A stretch of 64,000 bases of DNA from Phycisphaerales bacterium (lineage in GTDB: Bacteria > Planctomycetota > Phycisphaerae > Sedimentisphaerales > UBA12454), in contig PLMU01000008.1 in the NCBI GenBank assembly GCA_003142595.1, positions 57-64,056 on the forward strand, in the 5' to 3' direction. A program made the position numbers and the translations under genes. Below, piece by piece: positions 49,280-57,828 of the stretch. The notes under the pieces were generated by a model. It had not been told where the DNA came from, did not search any database, and saw only the letters and a list, made by a program, of their open reading frames with translations. Position 1 is the first letter of the stretch. Every line of letters starts with the position of its first letter.

Positions 49280-50296
49280 ATGTCTAAACTCAATGACAAT
49301 GCGTACAACCAGACTTTAAGCAAAGATAAGCCAAAGCTCAAACTCTGGACATCGATGGGGCTATTGCTTACCTACAAATGCCCCGCCGAATGTGCCTTTT
49401 GCTATTATAAATGCGGCCCTGCAAAGAATGGCCTTATAAGCATTCCTGCAGCAATTAACGCATGGCAGGGCCTAATAGCGATTGCCGGCAAATCCGCTAA
49501 AATACACATCACCGGCGGTGAACCTTTTTTGTATTGGGAGCATCTTGCCCAGCTTCTCGAAATCGCTGCAAAACAGAAACTGGGCGATGTCGATATGATA
49601 GAAACCAACGGCTATTGGGCGGACAATAAATCCGATATCATCGAAAAGCTGAAATTTCTCGATTCGCACAATGTTAAAAAGCTGAAAATCAGCTACGACC
49701 CCTTTCATGCTGAATTCATAGACTACCATAAAGTTAAATTACTCTACGAAACAGCTCGCCAAGTTCTCGGTACCCAACGGGTGCTTGTCCGCTGGCAGGA
49801 ATATCTCGAAAAAGACCTGTCCGTCAAAGACCTGCCCGAAAACGAAAAAGCCGCTCTTTTTGCAAATTCTCTAAAAAATCATCCCTGCCGTTTTACCGGC
49901 CGGGCAGCGGAAAAATTTGCGCAAGTGCCTGCAAATAAAGAAGTTGAAGAAATTGCCAAATTAACTTGTCAAAATGCCTATCTCTCTGCCAAGGGCATTC
50001 ATATTGACCCTTACGGAAATGTTTTTAGCGGGGTATGCAGTGGAATAATCATTGGTAACATAAACGAAAAGCCTCTTGAGGAGATTTGGCGGGATTTTAA
50101 TCCGACCAAAAGAGAGTTTTTAAGCGTATTATGCGCTAAAGGACCTGCAGGTTTGTTGGAAAAAGCAATTAAGGATGGGTATAAAAAAAGCCGATTATAT
50201 TTAGGTAAGTGCCAATTATGCACGGCTTTACGACAATTTTTCTTTGACAATGGCAAATTCAGACAGATAATTGGCCCAAAAGACTGTTATGTATAA
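49280..50296 (+). CDS. radical SAM protein with a C-terminal Cys-rich (SPASM/twitch-like) region
   Basis: CPAECAFC (CX3CX2C) after LLLTYKC, GGEPFL, and C-terminal cysteines (CQNAY..GVCSG..CAKG..CQLC). Start placed at the internal Met (MSKLNDN). Confidence 0.8.
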   Translation: MSKLNDNAYNQTLSKDKPKLKLWTSMGLLLTYKCPAECAFCYYKCGPAKNGLISIPAAINAWQGLIAIAGKSAKIHITGGEPFLYWEHLAQLLEIAAKQKLGDVDMIETNGYWADNKSDIIEKLKFLDSHNVKKLKISYDPFHAEFIDYHKVKLLYETARQVLGTQRVLVRWQEYLEKDLSVKDLPENEKAALFANSLKNHPCRFTGRAAEKFAQVPANKEVEEIAKLTCQNAYLSAKGIHIDPYGNVFSGVCSGIIIGNINEKPLEEIWRDFNPTKREFLSVLCAKGPAGLLEKAIKDGYKKSRLYLGKCQLCTALRQFFFDNGKFRQIIGPKDCYV

Positions 50297-50314
50297 GAAT
50301 ATTTCGGAAGTGTA

Positions 50315-51565
50315 ATGAGCGAAACAAATTACGATTCAATATTGGGTAAGCTGGTTATTGAGCAGGGATATTGCGCCGAGGAGGAACTGGCTTATTGCAA
50401 AAAACAGCTCAGTGAGCGGCCGAAAGACCAGCCTGCGACGCTCGAACAGCTTCTAATCGCTCATCATTTTATCACTCCCAGCCAGGCAAAAAGATTAAGA
50501 GAAAACGCCAAGGAAAACTCTAAGGAAAGCACCAAGGAAGGTAAGGATGTCGCCGAGCAAATTCCCGGCTATAAAATTCTCGGCAAACTCGGTGCCGGCG
50601 CTATGGCTATCGTTTATAAAGCAAGGCAGCTCAGTCTCGACCGCATTGTAGCGATAAAAATTCTCCCAAGAAGGTTCAGTGAAAATAAAGATTACGTCCA
50701 GAGGTTCTATAAGGAAGGCAAAGCGGCAGCCAAACTTAATCATAACAATATCGTCGCAGCCTATGACGTAGGTGAAGCAGGCGGTTATCATTACTTTGTA
50801 ATGGAATATGTCGAGGGCAAAACCCTTTACGAGGATATTTCAAAGGGCAAAATCTTTTCTGAAAAAGAAGCGATTGATGTTGTTACACAGGTCGCAAGCG
50901 CTCTTGCCCATGCCCACGCAAGAGGCTTGATTCACAGAGACGTCAAACCGAAAAATATTATGACTAACGCCGCAGGGATTATAAAGCTGGCAGACCTCGG
51001 TCTTGCCCGGGACGCCTCTGACATCGAATTGGCTAAAAGCGAAGCAGGTAAGGCTTTCGGTACGCCTTATTATATTTCGCCGGAGCAAATCAGGGGTGAA
51101 ATGGATATCGATGCCCGCAGTGATATTTATTCGCTCGGCGCAACTTTCTATAATATGGTCACAGGAAGAGTCCCGTTCAATGCTTCGACACCTTCTGAGG
51201 TTATGAAAAAGCATTTAAGGGAACCGCTTATTCCGCCGGACCACATCAATACATCTCTTTCGGCGGGAGCTTCGGAAGTCATTGAGATGATGATGGCAAA
51301 AAATAAACTGGACAGGTATTCATCCGCCCAGGAGTTGTTGGTGGACCTTGACGCTGTTCGCAGGGGAGAGTCGCCTTTAAGGGCAAGGAAAAAATTTAAT
51401 ATCGGAGACCTCCAGGACCTTCAGAACGGCCAATCTATTGAGCCGCAGGTAACTATTGAACACGAAGACGCCATAATAAGCAGGTACAAAGTGCTGACAG
51501 TTATTCTCGGTTCGATAATCGCGGTTCTTGTGCTGCTGGTCATCTTCCTTTTCGCCTCAAAATAA
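50315..51565 (+). CDS. Ser/Thr protein kinase, tail-anchored, with an N-terminal GspE-N/MshEN-like helical region
   Basis: GAGAMAIVYKA, VAIKIL, HRDVKPKNIM, DLG and GTPYYISPEQ. C-terminal TM LTVILGSIIAVLVLLVIFLF. The N-terminus ILGKLVIEQGYCAEEEL..LEQLLIAHHFITPSQAKRL resembles T2SSE_N repeats. Confidence 0.85.
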   Translation: MSETNYDSILGKLVIEQGYCAEEELAYCKKQLSERPKDQPATLEQLLIAHHFITPSQAKRLRENAKENSKESTKEGKDVAEQIPGYKILGKLGAGAMAIVYKARQLSLDRIVAIKILPRRFSENKDYVQRFYKEGKAAAKLNHNNIVAAYDVGEAGGYHYFVMEYVEGKTLYEDISKGKIFSEKEAIDVVTQVASALAHAHARGLIHRDVKPKNIMTNAAGIIKLADLGLARDASDIELAKSEAGKAFGTPYYISPEQIRGEMDIDARSDIYSLGATFYNMVTGRVPFNASTPSEVMKKHLREPLIPPDHINTSLSAGASEVIEMMMAKNKLDRYSSAQELLVDLDAVRRGESPLRARKKFNIGDLQDLQNGQSIEPQVTIEHEDAIISRYKVLTVILGSIIAVLVLLVIFLFASK

Positions 51566-51646
51566 TTGTTTCTCACGATTTACATTGACTAATCAGGGTT
51601 TTCTGACCATTATATTATCTGTTTTTATATATTTTGCGGAGTTTTT

Positions 51647-52696
51647 ATGGCCAAAGGAGGCGCTCATTTTACATCACAGGAGCTTGCTCTTGTTCTGAGC
51701 CATTATGATATCGGTATTATCCAGCAGATTAAACCGCTCGAAGCCGGAAACAGCCATGCCCCGAAGCAGGTTATCTTCTCAGATACAGGAAAATACCTGC
51801 TCAAAAGACGCGCAAAAGGCAAGGATGACCATTTTCATGTCGCGATGGCACATGCGATACAGCAACATCTTAAAGATAAAAATTTTCCACTCTCAAGACT
51901 AATCCCCATAAAAGACACAAGTAACACATTTCTCGAACTGGATCATCATATTTACGAGCTTTTTGAATTCAGTAATGGAACGCGTTTTGACGGCAACATC
52001 GAATCAGTTGTTGACGCCGGGACAGTTTTGGCCAGGTTTCACAGCATTCTCAAAGACTTTACATATCAGCCTATGCCTCACAAGGGCAGTTTTCATGATT
52101 CAAAGGCCGTGCGCGACCATTTGAAAAAAATCGGTTCTGAAAAAAACGACCTGACAGAAAAAGACCTTCGCAAAACAATAGAACTGCTGATGACAATGTA
52201 TAACAACTCAAGCATAAATATAAACCAGCTTAGTTTCGACGACTGGCCGAACCAGATTATCCACGGCGACTGGCACCCGGGCAATATGCTCTTTGGCGGC
52301 GGAAAAATTATTGCTGTTCTCGACTTTGACTCGTTAAAGGTCGCCCCGGCAATAACCGACCTTGCCAACGGAGCGCTGCAGTTTTCCATCGTCAGCGGCA
52401 GGCCAAATCCCGCGGACTGGCCCGATTATCTCGACCAGGCAAAGTTCGTTCATTTTCTGCACGGCTACTGCGAAGTAAATATGCTTAGCGAAAACCAGCT
52501 GAAAATTCTGCCTGATCTGATGATTGAAACCCTCATCGCTGAATCGGTTCTGCCAATTGCGGCAACAGGATTTTTTATGAATCTTTCAGGCACAGATTTT
52601 CTAAAGATGATTCGGCGCAAATGCCGATGGCTTGACAAAAACCGAAGAACGCTTGCCGATGCCATAGAACACTCACTGCAGGATTTGCGCAAATGA
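51647..52696 (+). CDS. APH/CotS/homoserine-kinase-type-II-like phosphotransferase
   Basis: IIHGDWHPGNMLF (HGDxxxxN) and AVLDFDS motifs, 349 aa. Confidence 0.75.
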   Translation: MAKGGAHFTSQELALVLSHYDIGIIQQIKPLEAGNSHAPKQVIFSDTGKYLLKRRAKGKDDHFHVAMAHAIQQHLKDKNFPLSRLIPIKDTSNTFLELDHHIYELFEFSNGTRFDGNIESVVDAGTVLARFHSILKDFTYQPMPHKGSFHDSKAVRDHLKKIGSEKNDLTEKDLRKTIELLMTMYNNSSININQLSFDDWPNQIIHGDWHPGNMLFGGGKIIAVLDFDSLKVAPAITDLANGALQFSIVSGRPNPADWPDYLDQAKFVHFLHGYCEVNMLSENQLKILPDLMIETLIAESVLPIAATGFFMNLSGTDFLKMIRRKCRWLDKNRRTLADAIEHSLQDLRK

Positions 52697-53265
52697 CCGC
52701 CGATAAAATATCTACAAGACAGAAAATTATCGCCGCCGCCAAAAATCTCTTCAGCACTCACGGCTACAGCCAGGCGACTATCGACGACATAATTACCGCT
52801 GCCGGAATTACAAAAGGCGCATTTTATTATTATTTCAAAAGCAAGGAAACTATCTGCACCGGAATAATAGATGATGTAAAAAATGAGTACCAGGATATTT
52901 TTGATTCTTTGCCAAAGGAATTTAATCCTCTTGAAAAGTTAAAAGCCGCAATCAGACAGATTATCGAATTAAACAGTTCCGGCCAATGGGTCAACTGCAA
53001 ACTCATACTGCATATCAGCTCACAGGCTCATATTTTGCAGTCTCCGATAAAACAAAAACTCGACAGCTTCTGGAAGTGGTATATAGAACAGTATCTTCAA
53101 CTGATAATACAATGCAGGGATTTAAACCTTATAGGAAAAAGATTTTCGGCGGAGCAGCAGGTTGAGTTTATTGTCAGCGTTTTAATCGGGAGCACCTGGA
53201 CAAGGGCGGTCTTCGACAACGGTATAGACCTTGAATTTGTTGATTATTTCATCGAAAGACTGTAG
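52693..53265 (+). CDS. TetR/AcrR-family transcriptional regulator
   Basis: N-terminal HTH LFSTHGYSQATIDDIITAAGITKGAFYYYFKSKE. Overlaps the upstream stop by 4 nt. Confidence 0.85.
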   Translation: MTADKISTRQKIIAAAKNLFSTHGYSQATIDDIITAAGITKGAFYYYFKSKETICTGIIDDVKNEYQDIFDSLPKEFNPLEKLKAAIRQIIELNSSGQWVNCKLILHISSQAHILQSPIKQKLDSFWKWYIEQYLQLIIQCRDLNLIGKRFSAEQQVEFIVSVLIGSTWTRAVFDNGIDLEFVDYFIERL

Positions 53266-53271
53266 CCGGTT

Positions 53272-53955
53272 TTAATCTGAACACAATTTTTGCAAATCGC
53301 CGGTTTTAAGATGTTTCACTGAATCGACTATAATATCCGCTTCTTTTAATTCACCTGCCGGATAGCTATTTGTAACGGCGACAACTTTCATCCCGGCTTT
53401 TTTGGCGGCAACTATTCCCCAGTGTGAATCCTCAATAACCACGCACTGTTTTGCTGAAATCACAACATCTGATGAACCGTTAAGTTTTTCAAGAGCCAGC
53501 AGATAACCTTCAGGGTCTGGTTTACCTTTGGCGACATCATCAGCCGTGACAATAACGTCAAAATAATCCGACAGGCCGGAATCTTCGAGCATAATTTTTA
53601 TATCGGCAGGCAACGCACCGGAATAAATCGCTATTTTTACCTCGCTGTTTTTAAGTTTTTCTATCAGTTCAGGTATGCCTTCAATCAAATGCTCATTTTG
53701 CCTGATAATCTCCTCGAAAAATACCGCCTTTTTCGCGATAAGCTCTTCTATGGAAGCCCCTTTATAATCTGTTTTACGCCTCTCTTTGACGGCTTCGAAC
53801 AGTTCGTAATCTGTAAAGCCCAGATATTCGGCGTAATACTCCTCTTCGTTAAGCTGAATTCCGAAATCCGCGAGCACTTTATTCGTGGCTGCGAAATGAC
53901 ACGGTTCGGAATCCGAAATCACTCCGTCAAAATCGAATATTGCAGCTTTTAACAC
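53272..53955 (-). CDS. HAD-superfamily hydrolase (beta-phosphoglucomutase-like subfamily IA)
   Basis: AAIFDFDGVISDSE (motif I), GKPDPEGY and IEDSHWG. GTG at 53955 lies 8 nt after AGGAGA and 4 nt after the ACAD stop; the track ORF extends to 54039 and would overlap by 80 nt. Confidence 0.8.
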   Translation of the reverse strand: MLKAAIFDFDGVISDSEPCHFAATNKVLADFGIQLNEEEYYAEYLGFTDYELFEAVKERRKTDYKGASIEELIAKKAVFFEEIIRQNEHLIEGIPELIEKLKNSEVKIAIYSGALPADIKIMLEDSGLSDYFDVIVTADDVAKGKPDPEGYLLALEKLNGSSDVVISAKQCVVIEDSHWGIVAAKKAGMKVVAVTNSYPAGELKEADIIVDSVKHLKTGDLQKLCSD

Positions 53956-53959
53956 GCTG

Positions 53960-55768
53960 TTATTTCTCCTGTGGCACCGGACCTGCGAGAGCACCATATT
54001 GTTCGAACGTTGACCTGTTGCCGCCCAGTATCGAATCAAAATGCGCTTTTATTATAGGCGTATTTTTGGTTATATATCTGCGGGCAATCATTCCCTTGCG
54101 TTTCTTCATACTGATTGTCTTTTCCTGGCTGTTATTCTTTTCGTCGGCAACATCAACTTCCATATCTATTTTACTGCTTGCCTGCCCGCAGAAAAGATAA
54201 CCGCAGATAAGACAAATCGCCGCATCCACAAGTTCCCTGCCGTAAAGGTCCATATAATCGACGCCCTTTTCTTTCGCAAAAGCCGCTGCCTTTAGCACAA
54301 GTTCTGTATCCTGTTTAAGAATATCAAGCAAATCTTTAACCTGCGGTTCATAATGTCCGGCCGCGAGTTCTTCGAGATATTTTTCCGCCGTCCCGCTGCA
54401 AACACCTCGAACCGCGGCAACCACCTGCAATTGGCTTGTGCCTTCATATATTGTCGTGATTCTGGCGTCTCGTGCGTATTTTTCGCAAGGGTAGTCCCGC
54501 ATAAATCCGCTTCCGCCTAAAATCTGTATCGCGTTGTATGTAATCCTGTTGCACATCTCGGAGCTAAAATATTTCGTCATAGGCGTAAGCATACCGGCAT
54601 ACCGCCCATAACGCCTGGATGCCTCTTTCAATGGCTTTAACTGCTCTTTGTCGGCCGGCGGATTAAACTCCAGCTTCTTCGTATAGCCGTTATCATAATC
54701 AACCACTCTGCTGGTCTCATAAAGCAGTGCTCGTGCCGTTTCGATTTCGATTTTCATATCGATAACCATATCGCGAACCGCCGGCAGCTTTTCAATCGGA
54801 CCGCCGAACTGCTTTCTGCTCGCCGCGTAGTCTCTTGCGACCCTGAACGCCGCTTCTGCGATTCCAAGCGACTGGCCCGATATTCCGAGTCTGGCTCCGT
54901 TCATAAGACTCATTACATAAGGAGCAAGTCCGCGTTTTCTTTCGCCGATAAGCTCGCAGGGCGTATTGTCAAAGAATAACTCGCACGTCGGTGAGCCGTG
55001 AATGCCGAGTTTGTCTTCGATTCTGCGAACATGAACCGTTGGTCCTCTGTCACAGATAAACAGGCTCAAGCCAAGTCCGCCGGTTCTGTCCGGCTCGCTT
55101 CGTGAAAGAACCAGCAGCACTTCTCCGCAGCCGTTGGTTATAAACCGTTTTACTCCGTGCAGATACCAGTTGCCGCTGTCATCCTGAAAGGCCCTGAGCT
55201 TGCAGCTTTGCAAATCGCTGCCTGCATCAGGTTCAGTTAGAACCATAGCGCCGGTTACTTTTCCTGCGGTAAAATCGTGCAGATATTTCTGCCTTATTTC
55301 TTCCGATGCAAAAGCATTGATTGTCTCGGCTATACCCTGAAGACCAAACAGATTCATTAAAGAGGCGTCGGCACGCGAAACCATTTCAATGGAGATTGAA
55401 TGGGCAAGGTTTGGAAAATTCAGTCCGCCGAATCTGTGCGGTAAAGTAGAACCCATGACGTGAGCCTTTGCCAGCATATCAAGCGACTCCCTTGTGCCGT
55501 CAGCGTAGCTGACAGTGCCATCTTCATTAAGAGTGCTGCCCTGCCTGTCAATATCTTCGCTGCGCGGTGCTATAAAATCGCCGCTCAGTTTGCCGATTGA
55601 GTCAAGTACAAGGTCATAATTTTCTATCGCCTCAGCTGCATCGGCCGGGGCATAGTCAAACTCTTTTGCGAACTTGAAGCCTTCTTCCATAATCTCAGCT
55701 GCGCCTGCCATGTCCACATGCTTGAATAAAAACTGAATATCATCGTTATCTTTATAAAAATTTGCCAT
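53960..55768 (-). CDS. long-form acyl-CoA dehydrogenase (about 600 aa)
   Basis: GAMVLTEPDAGSD, FITNG and the YEGTSQLQ ACAD signature, with an extended C-terminal helical region. Confidence 0.85.
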   Translation of the reverse strand: MANFYKDNDDIQFLFKHVDMAGAAEIMEEGFKFAKEFDYAPADAAEAIENYDLVLDSIGKLSGDFIAPRSEDIDRQGSTLNEDGTVSYADGTRESLDMLAKAHVMGSTLPHRFGGLNFPNLAHSISIEMVSRADASLMNLFGLQGIAETINAFASEEIRQKYLHDFTAGKVTGAMVLTEPDAGSDLQSCKLRAFQDDSGNWYLHGVKRFITNGCGEVLLVLSRSEPDRTGGLGLSLFICDRGPTVHVRRIEDKLGIHGSPTCELFFDNTPCELIGERKRGLAPYVMSLMNGARLGISGQSLGIAEAAFRVARDYAASRKQFGGPIEKLPAVRDMVIDMKIEIETARALLYETSRVVDYDNGYTKKLEFNPPADKEQLKPLKEASRRYGRYAGMLTPMTKYFSSEMCNRITYNAIQILGGSGFMRDYPCEKYARDARITTIYEGTSQLQVVAAVRGVCSGTAEKYLEELAAGHYEPQVKDLLDILKQDTELVLKAAAFAKEKGVDYMDLYGRELVDAAICLICGYLFCGQASSKIDMEVDVADEKNNSQEKTISMKKRKGMIARRYITKNTPIIKAHFDSILGGNRSTFEQYGALAGPVPQEK

Positions 55769-55771
55769 CTT

Positions 55772-56794
55772 TTATACTCTCGCCTTTATTGCTTTTATCA
55801 TCTTTGGAACGATTTCATTAAGGTCGCCGATAATTTTATAATGTGCGATATCTAAAATCGGAGCCTGCGGGTCATTGTTGATTGCGATAATCTTCTGACT
55901 GTCGCTCATTCCCGCCTGATGCTGAATAGCCCCGCTGATACCAATCGCGATATACAGGCTCGGCCTGACAGTCGTGCCCGTCTGTCCGACCTGGTGGTCG
56001 CGATCGATAAATCCCAAATCAACTGCCGCTCTCGTGGCCCCCGGCGCTGCACCCAGTGCATTTGCCAAGTCCCAGACAAGTTTAAAGTTTTCTTTGCTGC
56101 CGACTCCCGCCCCACCGGATACGACTATTCTTGAAGCCTTAAGATTGACTTTCTTTTCGCGTTTATGTTCATTGAGAATTTCCAGCGGCAAATCATCATG
56201 CGTTACGTGCACTTTCTCTGCGACAATCTCGTGTTTCCTGGCGGTAATCAGCTCAGGCATCGGCATAACGCCTTCACGAACGGTCGCCATCTGCGGCCAG
56301 CGGTCGTAATTTATAATCGTCGCGATAATATTTCCGCCAAACGCAGGCCGAATCTGAAGCAGCAGATTTTTATACACTTGCTCTTTGGTCTCATGGTCGC
56401 CGATTTGCAAATCCGTGCAGTCAGCGGTCAGTCCCGCTTTTATCGCGCTTGCAACACGCGGAGCAAGGTCTCTGCCGCAGGCAGTAGCGCCGTAAATCAT
56501 TATTTGCGGCTGGTATTTATGAACAAGGTCATCTATAACTTTGCCGTAACTGTTGGCCTGATAATGTTCAAGCAGCGGATGCTCAAGAACATAAACTTTA
56601 TCCGCTCCGTAATGGCAAAGTTTTTCAGCAAGGCTCTTTATTTCATCGCCGATAAGAACCGCTCCGACTTTGACGCCGAGCTTATCGCCCAGAATCCTTG
56701 CCCTGCCTAAAAGTTCAAGGCCGATATCTTCAAGTTTGCCGTCATGCTGCTCTGCAAAAACCCATACTTCCCCTTTCGGGTTGACTGAAATCAT
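55772..56794 (-). CDS. etfA: electron transfer flavoprotein subunit alpha (EtfA/FixB)
   Basis: VVSGGAGVGS, GFIDRDHQVGQTGTTVRP..YIAIGISGAIQH and PQAPI motifs. Confidence 0.9.
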   Translation of the reverse strand: MISVNPKGEVWVFAEQHDGKLEDIGLELLGRARILGDKLGVKVGAVLIGDEIKSLAEKLCHYGADKVYVLEHPLLEHYQANSYGKVIDDLVHKYQPQIMIYGATACGRDLAPRVASAIKAGLTADCTDLQIGDHETKEQVYKNLLLQIRPAFGGNIIATIINYDRWPQMATVREGVMPMPELITARKHEIVAEKVHVTHDDLPLEILNEHKREKKVNLKASRIVVSGGAGVGSKENFKLVWDLANALGAAPGATRAAVDLGFIDRDHQVGQTGTTVRPSLYIAIGISGAIQHQAGMSDSQKIIAINNDPQAPILDIAHYKIIGDLNEIVPKMIKAIKARV

Positions 56795-56809
56795 AGATTC
56801 ATCCTGAAT

Positions 56810-57721
56810 TTAACTAATAGTCTTATCTGAAATTAATTCGTGAACCATATCCGCGATGCCCTGCTCGCTCGGTTCGATAGTTTTGCTTTCGCGTGCGGTC
56901 AGGACAACGCTTTGAATTCGATGGACTTTCGTGGGCGAACCGTCTCTGCCGCACCATTGCAAATCCGCCGCCAGATAATCAAGGTCCCATTGTTTTATCA
57001 GAAGCCCTTTTTCCTCGAGCTCTTTTACTTTTGCCGTTGTAAGCTGTTTTATATCATCATCGCTGGCGTTAGGATTATCCTGCTTCATCTGCATTTGAAT
57101 CTCAACAGGTGTCCTGGCCTTTTTGCATTTCATCAGCTTCTTTGCAACTGAAACTCTCGGGTCGTTCGCTTCGTCAATCACGGTAAGCAGAACAGGCAGT
57201 TTGCATTTTACTTCCTGCCAGCCGTTGCCGATATTGCGTCTTGCCGCTATAGTCTTTTTTTCAAGACTGATTAGCTCTTCAACGTAAGTTATCTGAGGGA
57301 TTCCGAGTTTTTCGGCAAGCTGAGGGCCTACCTGTGCGGTATCGCCGTCGATGGCCTGCCTTCCGCAAAGTACAATATCATAATCAAGTTTTTTAATCGC
57401 ACAGCTTAAAATATAGCTCGTGGCCAATGTATCGCTCGCCCCGCATCGTCTGTCGGTAATCAGAATCGCGTCATCAGCGCCGCGATACAGCGACTCTCGC
57501 AAAATTGCGCTTGCCGCCGGCAGACCCATTGTCATTACGGTTACTTTCCCGCCGAATTTGTCTTTAATCATCAGGGCCATTTCCAGCGCGTTAAGGTCTT
57601 CAGGATTAAAAATCGCCGGCAGAGCGCCGCGATTGACCGTGCCGTCGTCATTCATCGCTTCGCCTATAATTCGCTTGGTGTCAGGCACCTGCTTTATCGC
57701 TACAACGCAGTTATAAGCCAA
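56810..57721 (-). CDS. etfB: electron transfer flavoprotein subunit beta (EtfB/FixA), with a roughly 35-40 aa internal insertion
   Basis: VAIKQVPD, NPEDLNALE and LCGRQAIDGDTAQVGP. At 303 aa it is longer than the usual roughly 250-265 aa. Confidence 0.9.
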   Translation of the reverse strand: MAYNCVVAIKQVPDTKRIIGEAMNDDGTVNRGALPAIFNPEDLNALEMALMIKDKFGGKVTVMTMGLPAASAILRESLYRGADDAILITDRRCGASDTLATSYILSCAIKKLDYDIVLCGRQAIDGDTAQVGPQLAEKLGIPQITYVEELISLEKKTIAARRNIGNGWQEVKCKLPVLLTVIDEANDPRVSVAKKLMKCKKARTPVEIQMQMKQDNPNASDDDIKQLTTAKVKELEEKGLLIKQWDLDYLAADLQWCGRDGSPTKVHRIQSVVLTARESKTIEPSEQGIADMVHELISDKTIS

Positions 57722-57828
57722 TTTGACCTCCTTATATCGGGAATCTCAAAAATCATAAAGACTGGGTAGTTTAGCTAAATTCGAGGATAAGTCAACCGAA
57801 AATCAGGCTTTTTGACAAACAGGACATA

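Noticed and set aside
53956-54039. 80-nt overlap between the HAD hydrolase ORF and the acyl-CoA dehydrogenase
   Set aside because: An in-frame GTG at 53955 with an AGGAGA SD 8 nt upstream removes the overlap and starts just before HAD motif I (FDFDG). The long overlap is an ORF-caller artefact.
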